Shown here piece after piece: positions 26,638-32,000 of a stretch of 32,000 nt of DNA. The stretch is from Candidatus Jordarchaeales archaeon. Its GTDB lineage: Archaea; Asgardarchaeota; Jordiarchaeia; Jordiarchaeales; Freyrarchaeaceae. The position numbers and the translations under genes were made by a program. Each line of letters begins with the position of its first letter. Position 1 is the stretch's first letter. The stretch spans positions 1 to 32,000 of the forward strand of contig JAWCFL010000019.1 of NCBI GenBank assembly GCA_038858525.1, written 5' to 3'. The notes beneath the pieces were generated by a model. That model did not search any database. It was not told the origin of the DNA and saw only the letters and a list, made by a program, of their open reading frames with translations.

Positions 26638-28313
26638 TCGCTAACCCCCACATACCCTACTTCGCGGTCTATCTCGTCCAGAACTATGCCCTCATAGTTG
26701 TTCCTAAGAAGCTCTAGCGACAAGTTGTTTGCCCTCAAAAGCGCCCTCCTACTCCTCTCGTCTAGAGCCTCTATCCTTCCGTCCTTGACGACGTTTGCCC
26801 CATGCATTATCGCCTTTCTCGCCATGTTCTCCGATAATCCCACGGCGTTCTGCAGGTAGCTTCCGTTATTAACGTCCTCAGCGGCGAAAGCAGACACGAT
26901 GCCGAAGGAAGCCGTCAATCCACCGACAGCCTCGATGAGCCTCCTTGCATCTTGCGCCGTAAGGAAGGGGTAAGCGTCCAAGTCTCCGAGCAGCCGTCCA
27001 AAGACCTCAAACTGCTGGTCGAGCTTCCCTACGCGCTCCTCACAGTAAACCTCACTCATCACCGCCCTGACTTCGTCCTCAACCTTACTCCTCGGACGGA
27101 AGTCATCATGCCCCTCAATAAGTCTCCAGGTCGCATCTATCACGTTTTTATCGTAGACCCCACTCGAGACCTGCTTGACGACCACGACTTCCCCCTCATA
27201 GTGCTCTTCCTTCCTAGCGACGCGCCCCATTCTCTGCAGGAGCCTGTCAGGCGGACAAACCTCGGTCACGAGCACATCAAAGCTCTCATCTATCCCGGCC
27301 TCGACAACCTGTGTGGCGACCAGTGTTTTAGCCCTCCCAAGCTCCTTAGCCCTCTCCCTCTTAACTGACTCCGGTAGTCTCCCGTGAAGAAGAACGGAGT
27401 TGACGCCCCTACTCCTCAGTTCCCTATAAACCTCAACGGCAGCCTTCACGGTGTTCAGCACTATGAGCACCCTTTTACCTTGCCCGCAGTAGCCTACGGC
27501 CGCATCCAAGACGCCGCCCTCCCACACGGTTAACTTAATCCTCTTCCTTCTCCTCTCCTCCTCGAACTGCGGGTCTTTCTCTGGGGAGTAAGCTTCCTCC
27601 TCAAACTTCAAGCCGAAGCTTTCCACCTGCCTCTTCAGGAAGTCCTTGAGTGCTCTAGGCATTGTCGCAGTCATGACTACTGTGGGAACGCCGACGCTGG
27701 CCATTTGGATTATAGCCCTCGTAGCCGCATAGAGCGCTTTGGCTTCATCGTCGAAGGAGGGGAAATCGCCAGTAGAAGACGGCTGGAGAAGGTGGAATTC
27801 GTCGAAGACAACGAGTGAAGAGTAAATGTTCCCTCTTGGAAACTCGTAGTGCGACACGTCATACTTGAAGAGCTTCGCCAGCTCGCAAGCTGGAGCCTTG
27901 TAGAAGTTGAGCATAAACGTGTCGAGCGTGACGACAACGCATTTCTTCGCGAAGAATGGTGAGCCCGGGGACCCCATATGCTGTATACCGACCACGCCGG
28001 GGTAATATCCGAGCTTCTCCATCCATTTGCGCAGTCTTCCACCTAAGTCGTCAGCTATCGTCCTCATGGGGAGAACGTGTATCACCCTTGAGAAGAAGGG
28101 GTTCCCGTCAACCGCCACCTTGGCTAGCGCGAGCGTCATAGCGGACTTACCATACCCCGCCGGGTACTCCATGAAAACTACGCCGTTTTCGCCGTTGCTA
28201 AAAAGACAGTCGAGCCTTTCAAGTACCCTTGAAACTCCAAGCCTCACTCTCCACTTCGCTCCCTCCAATGCCCTGCACACTTTTTCATACTCGTCTCGGA
28301 GCGACTCAGCCAT
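26634..28313 (-). CDS. cas3': Cas3' SF2 helicase
   Basis: PAGYGKS, DEFH, TAT, NTVKAA, LHGR, ATQVVEAGID, QRMGRVAR. ATG at 28313 overlaps the cas5 stop. Confidence 0.95.
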   Translation of the reverse strand: MAESLRDEYEKVCRALEGAKWRVRLGVSRVLERLDCLFSNGENGVVFMEYPAGYGKSAMTLALAKVAVDGNPFFSRVIHVLPMRTIADDLGGRLRKWMEKLGYYPGVVGIQHMGSPGSPFFAKKCVVVTLDTFMLNFYKAPACELAKLFKYDVSHYEFPRGNIYSSLVVFDEFHLLQPSSTGDFPSFDDEAKALYAATRAIIQMASVGVPTVVMTATMPRALKDFLKRQVESFGLKFEEEAYSPEKDPQFEEERRRKRIKLTVWEGGVLDAAVGYCGQGKRVLIVLNTVKAAVEVYRELRSRGVNSVLLHGRLPESVKRERAKELGRAKTLVATQVVEAGIDESFDVLVTEVCPPDRLLQRMGRVARKEEHYEGEVVVVKQVSSGVYDKNVIDATWRLIEGHDDFRPRSKVEDEVRAVMSEVYCEERVGKLDQQFEVFGRLLGDLDAYPFLTAQDARRLIEAVGGLTASFGIVSAFAAEDVNNGSYLQNAVGLSENMARKAIMHGANVVKDGRIEALDERSRRALLRANNLSLELLRNNYEGIVLDEIDREVGYVGVSD

Positions 28314-29142
28314 AACCAACCACGACCTCGCCGTTAACCTCGAATGCCTGTCCCTCATTTAGAAGGGAAACCTTAACCTCTCCACTCATCAATGGGACCC
28401 TTGACCCCGGAACAATATATTCTTCATACTTCAAAGCCACATTTCTACCCCATCCTCCGCTCCAGAAAGCTTCTCTGTAGTAATTTCCCTCCTCAACGTT
28501 TCCAAGCCTTGCTGGGAAGTAGTATCGCGTCACTACAACCCTGTCCTTGATGGGTTTTGCCTTAGAAACGAGGACTTCATCGACGGATACTATGGACTCC
28601 CTGCTTCCAACCCTCGTCATCTGCCAAGCAGCCTTTCTCAGCTCGTCCTCGAGATTTCCAGCCACAACCTCTTTCGCCTCCTCTTTAACCAGCAAGACCA
28701 TAGAAACCCTCCCGGAAGGATAGTAGACCTTCCCGACGGGCAAAGCCCCCATCCTATACTTCATCAGGTACCTCCGCCCCCCAACCGCCTCCTCTTCATT
28801 AGTATCCTTCACGGTCTCCTGAAATAGAAGAGTCACACACTTGCTTAAGTCATCCCACATGTAGCCGAAGGAGTGTGCGGAGTCAAAGCGTGCAGCAGCG
28901 TAAATATATTCCTCCAGTAGCCCAGCTGGGCTCATGAGTCCCCTTTCTGAGTCGAAGACCACATCCCCCTCCTGCCTCATGCCGCGGAAAGACAGAACCC
29001 CCTTTCTGGCCAGGGGGTAAGCTAGAGCCCCAACGATAGTTGTCGGGGGCGGTATGGGGAGAGTGCCCTGAAACTTGCTCGTGCCCGGCTCCCTCACCCA
29101 GAAGCCCCAATGGTAACACGCCCTAACAGTCAAAGCCAGCAT
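28306..29142 (-). CDS. cas5: Cas5 (type I-A)
   Basis: HWGF...TLPIPPPTTIVGALA, and a glycine-rich RVGSRES loop. Confidence 0.92.
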   Translation of the reverse strand: MLALTVRACYHWGFWVREPGTSKFQGTLPIPPPTTIVGALAYPLARKGVLSFRGMRQEGDVVFDSERGLMSPAGLLEEYIYAAARFDSAHSFGYMWDDLSKCVTLLFQETVKDTNEEEAVGGRRYLMKYRMGALPVGKVYYPSGRVSMVLLVKEEAKEVVAGNLEDELRKAAWQMTRVGSRESIVSVDEVLVSKAKPIKDRVVVTRYYFPARLGNVEEGNYYREAFWSGGWGRNVALKYEEYIVPGSRVPLMSGEVKVSLLNEGQAFEVNGEVVVGYG

Positions 29143-29186
29143 GAAACCCCTCCAACATTCACCCTGACGACAAAAAAGGGGTGGTG

Positions 29187-30221
29187 CTACGAGGCCTTCC
29201 CTTTCACCGCCGCGACGACACGCTTTAGGAACTCTTCCAGATTCCCCGAGACGTCGACGCCCTCAACTTTCTCAATGGCTTTCTCCTTATCCATGGCGAA
29301 CAGCAAGACCCCGGCTCCATCCTCCTTCTCTCCTTTTCGCAACTCCCTCATGAGAGCCTCGAAGCTGCTCTTCCTGCTAACCGTCTCCTCTATGAATTTC
29401 TTCGAGTTCCCCGGAGAGACCACGAAGAAGGTGTTCCTCGATACTGCTGCGATAGCTGAGAGTGGCTCCATGTTTGGCAAAAACCTGCTCCTCTTCGCCC
29501 CAAACCTCAACTGAGTTAGGAAAATGCTCAGCGCTGAAAGAGCAGCCGTCACACGCTTCTCCTTCTCATTCTCAAGCTGCTTCTCCAGCTTCTCATCCCT
29601 TTCGCCGAAGCTCGTCGACGGCTTAGCTATTTGCGAGATGTCCATGTTCAACGTGAAAGTGTAAACTGCAGATCCAACCTCGACATTGTAGGGCTGCTGC
29701 AAACTCATGAGTGACGGTGTAAACCTGACATGGAATTGCGCCTCGAGGGCGGCGGCCTCAACCTCGAACACTGCGGGAACCATGTAGCCTACTTGGAACG
29801 TGGAAGTCCTCTTAACCGGGTACCTGCCAGCGTAGAGGAAGCCTCCAACATCACACACGTAGTCCCTCAGCATTATTTCGACTTCAGCCCTGCGTATCTC
29901 ACGCTCGCTCCCCGGAACCTTCACCCCATACTTCTCCAAGAAGCTCTCGTCCGCGAACTTTATGAACTCCCCCCTCTCGGACTCCTCGCTCAGCGGCAGC
30001 CCAACCCTCTTAGCCTCCTCGACGAGGTGAACCTGGTAGGCGTGCGCGAGAGACTCGCCGGAAACCGTGGGCACAAACCTTATAGAGTAACCTCCATCCC
30101 CGCTTGGAACAACTATGGGCGCCGTCCTGTGCCTGACGAGGTTGCCAACGGTCTCAACGCTGTTAAGGCTCTCCAGGTTAACCAAAACCCTGAAAGCTAT
30201 ACTCAGAAACGCGTCAGCCAC
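29187..30221 (-). CDS. cas7: Cas7/Csa2 backbone (type I-A)
   Basis: NLESLNSVETVGNLVRHR, VSGESLAHAYQ, DVGGFL, VKRTS, FGAKRSRFLP. GTG after GGAGGTGG. Confidence 0.95.
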   Translation of the reverse strand: MADAFLSIAFRVLVNLESLNSVETVGNLVRHRTAPIVVPSGDGGYSIRFVPTVSGESLAHAYQVHLVEEAKRVGLPLSEESERGEFIKFADESFLEKYGVKVPGSEREIRRAEVEIMLRDYVCDVGGFLYAGRYPVKRTSTFQVGYMVPAVFEVEAAALEAQFHVRFTPSLMSLQQPYNVEVGSAVYTFTLNMDISQIAKPSTSFGERDEKLEKQLENEKEKRVTAALSALSIFLTQLRFGAKRSRFLPNMEPLSAIAAVSRNTFFVVSPGNSKKFIEETVSRKSSFEALMRELRKGEKEDGAGVLLFAMDKEKAIEKVEGVDVSGNLEEFLKRVVAAVKGKAS

Positions 30222-30235
30222 ACAACCACCTCCAA

Positions 30236-30661
30236 TCACGCAGACCTCCTAGAAGCGGCAGACAAACAAGATGCAACCATCGACATAGCGTAGCTAGCCA
30301 CGCTCCTAGCCAACCTCACATCCTTCGAAGCAGCCTCCAGAAACATCCTCACCTGCTCGTTGTCCGCAAGGTAGCCATCCACCACGTACTCCTCCTCATC
30401 AATTATCACGCGTACCCTGGTGAGCTCCCTTCCACCGCCCTCAAACTTCTCCTCACAAACACCCTGCCGCCCTCCACTATCGCGGTACCTTCTCAAAAGG
30501 TTCTCGAGAATCCTGGCATTCTCGTAGATAGCCCTGCTAACACTGTCAATGGAGAGAGCGTTAGCAACCCTATCGATCACGGAGTAGCTTTTCGATGCAA
30601 CGCAAACGACAGCCAGAGAAGTCGCAACCCCCCTATACTTCGAAAGCTCAATAGCTTGCAT
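30236..30661 (-). CDS. csa5: Csa5/Cas11 small subunit (type I-A)
   Basis: First gene of the operon, 141 aa helical, YSVIDRVANALS motif. Confidence 0.8.
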   Translation of the reverse strand: MQAIELSKYRGVATSLAVVCVASKSYSVIDRVANALSIDSVSRAIYENARILENLLRRYRDSGGRQGVCEEKFEGGGRELTRVRVIIDEEEYVVDGYLADNEQVRMFLEAASKDVRLARSVASYAMSMVASCLSAASRRSA

Positions 30662-30698
30662 AAACGATCCCTCGAATTCGATCTAACGGCTGTCTCCA

Positions 30699-30712
30699 CT
30701 TATATATTTTTC
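30699..30712 (-). promoter_or_regulatory. BRE-TATA promoter of the cas interference operon
   Basis: Minus strand GAAAAATATATAAG, about 38 nt upstream of the csa5 ATG. Confidence 0.7.
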
Positions 30713-30736
30713 TATGAAGCGGAAAAATTTTAATTT

Positions 30737-30784
30737 AGTGAAACAAAAGTAAAATATGAAGTCGGAGTTTCATTATGACGAAAC
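30737..30784. promoter_or_regulatory. Inverted repeats in the csa5/csa3 divergent intergenic region (candidate Csa3 operator)
   Basis: TGAAAC 30739-30744 / GTTTCA 30767-30772, and GTTTC 30767-30771 / GAAAC 30780-30784. Confidence 0.4.
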
Positions 30785-30799
30785 AAGCTGGTGGGGTTA

Positions 30800-31435
30800 T
30801 TGGCGAGAACGGGTAAAGGCACAGCGATAGTTGCGTCTTTGGGTTTCGAGGAGAGGTTCCTCTTAAGGGCAGTCATAAGAAGAGGAGTCAAGGAAAACGA
30901 CAAGATAGTAGTTATAATGCCCGAGAAGGGGGACCCGCGAGGAGAGAAAGCCTTCCAAACGCTGAAAGAACTGTTAGACAAAGCCTTCCCCCAAATAGAG
31001 CTAATCAAGCACGAGGTGAACGTCCAAGACTTCTACGGTGCCATCAGCAACCTCAGAAACCTTCTAAACAAGCTAAACCTAGAAAACAACATAGTACTCA
31101 ACCTAAGCGGCGGCCAAAGACTTCTAATACTCGAAATACTGGCGGCCGCACTAAGCCTGGGAATCAACGCGGAGCTGGAAATCGAGACAGAGGACTCCTC
31201 CGTTTACCTAACAATCCCAATAAAAACCATGCACCAGTTAAAGCTAGACCGGATAGACCAAGAAATACTGAGAAAGGTCGCCGAAAGAGGCGAAATAAGA
31301 CTCAAAGACTTGGAGGAGCTAAAAATACCGAAAGCTACCTTGTGGAGGAAGCTAAACAGGCTAACAGAAGACGGCCTCCTCGAAAAGGACAGGGACAGGT
31401 ACAAGCTAAGCGACATAGGGCGAGCATGGATGTAA
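30800..31435 (+). CDS. csa3: Csa3 CARF-wHTH transcriptional regulator
   Basis: ASLGFEERFLLR and LNLSGGQR CARF motifs, C-terminal IPKATLWRKLNRL wHTH. Start may be GTG 30791. Confidence 0.92.
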   Translation: MARTGKGTAIVASLGFEERFLLRAVIRRGVKENDKIVVIMPEKGDPRGEKAFQTLKELLDKAFPQIELIKHEVNVQDFYGAISNLRNLLNKLNLENNIVLNLSGGQRLLILEILAAALSLGINAELEIETEDSSVYLTIPIKTMHQLKLDRIDQEILRKVAERGEIRLKDLEELKIPKATLWRKLNRLTEDGLLEKDRDRYKLSDIGRAWM

Positions 31436-31559
31436 CGCAGTAGTACTCCAACTTAAATTAACCAACTATAAATGAATATTTTAAGTGAGAAATTTAAGGA
31501 TCTGGAAGAGCGCGAGGTCGGTAAGTGTCATGGAGCAGAAGCCTTAACCGCTAGATCCA

Positions 31560-31868
31560 TTAGGTGATTTTTACTGCATGCTCGAGCATGTCCTGCAGTA
31601 TCACGCTATTCTCCTTCCTCCTCCGGAATTCCTGCGGAGTTAGTGGTGTTAAGTCTAGGGAGTAGCCGGGCCTCGCATGCCTCTTGACCACCTTGTAGCG
31701 CTCCCCTAAGTCGAGGTTCTCGAACATCCTTGAGACAACTATGAGGTCCCACGTCGCTGTCGTCAGGCCAGTCCCCTCTAGCATAGCTACCAGTAAGGTA
31801 ACTTCAACGTCCGGTTCTACCTCTCTAAGCGAGCGGACAAGCTCCCTCAGCCACTCCTCAACCTCCAT
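31560..31868 (-). CDS. Minimal nucleotidyltransferase (MNT) with the catalytic segment out of frame (possible pseudogene or assembly error)
   Basis: MEVEEWLRELV...VEVTL, DLIVVSRMF, LDLTPLTPQEF are in frame. GSYARGDWPDDSDV is encoded in a shifted frame at 31750-31791. Confidence 0.85.
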   Translation of the reverse strand: MEVEEWLRELVRSLREVEPDVEVTLLVAMLEGTGLTTATWDLIVVSRMFENLDLGERYKVVKRHARPGYSLDLTPLTPQEFRRRKENSVILQDMLEHAVKIT

Positions 31869-32000
31869 CGGCAGCCGTCTCCCCTCCAAGGGAGGCAAGT
31901 CTTCCAACCTCCCTAACGATGATCTTAGCCTTCCTGATAATCCTCTCCGCAAGGCTGACAGGTATACTCTCCCAAGGTCGCTCCATGCCCGCGTTAGGAT
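31858..32000 (-). CDS. HEPN-domain protein, C-terminal fragment (start outside window)
   Basis: Reads (Y)PNAGMERPWESIPVSLAERIIRKAKIIVREVGRL...GG*. Its stop overlaps the MNT start. Not in the supplied ORF track. Confidence 0.7.
   Translation of the reverse strand, partial: PNAGMERPWESIPVSLAERIIRKAKIIVREVGRLASLGGETAADGG

Noticed and set aside
1495-30293. Numerous antisense or nested ORFs in the track (for example 1495-2064, 25855-26271, 26952-27368, 29730-30293)
   Set aside because: They overlap well-supported genes and have no motifs or RBS; they are shadow ORFs.
612-31793. Treating all frameshifts (about 890, 22881, 31749, 31792) as biological
   Set aside because: Several lie in short homopolymers, so consensus indel errors cannot be excluded without reads. 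Each is flagged separately.
31869-31952. N-terminal extension of the MNT ORF given in the track
   Set aside because: It overlaps the HEPN C-terminus in another frame. ATG 31868 gives a typical MNT of about 100 aa.

Overview
Archaeal chromosomal window (GGTGA/GGAGG-type RBS, BRE-TATA promoters, AglH-type transferase, csa genes). An anaerobic thermophile such as an Asgard lineage is a weak guess only. Left to right: (1) the 3' part of an IS200/IS605 tnpB element that appears to have inserted into a DUF3782-like PD-(D/E)XK gene, now a frameshifted remnant; (2) a minus-strand pair, an amidohydrolase and a Cdc48/VAT-N-like + vWA fusion with no AAA domain; (3) a fatty-acid oxidation cluster (SDR, two acyl-CoA dehydrogenases, EtfB/EtfA, MaoC-type hydratase-2) with a GT-C-like membrane protein inside it; (4) a glycan cluster (AglH-like, epimerase, ATP-grasp, HAD, GT4); (5) a soluble ABC ATPase / HypB-UreG-like GTPase / FeS-protein trio bracketed by two colinear copies of an 83-85 bp element with GTGCCAA...TTGGCA(C/T) ends, the left copy extended into a 37-38-37 bp repeat-spacer-repeat; (6) a surface protein with an internal duplication, split by a +1 frameshift; (7) a type I-A interference operon (csa5-cas7-cas5-cas3'-cas3''-cas8a) with divergent csa3, and no cas6, adaptation genes or canonical array in the window; (8) a HEPN-MNT pair whose MNT catalytic motif is thrown out of frame by two compensating indels. 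All family calls come from motif recognition by eye; no searches were run.
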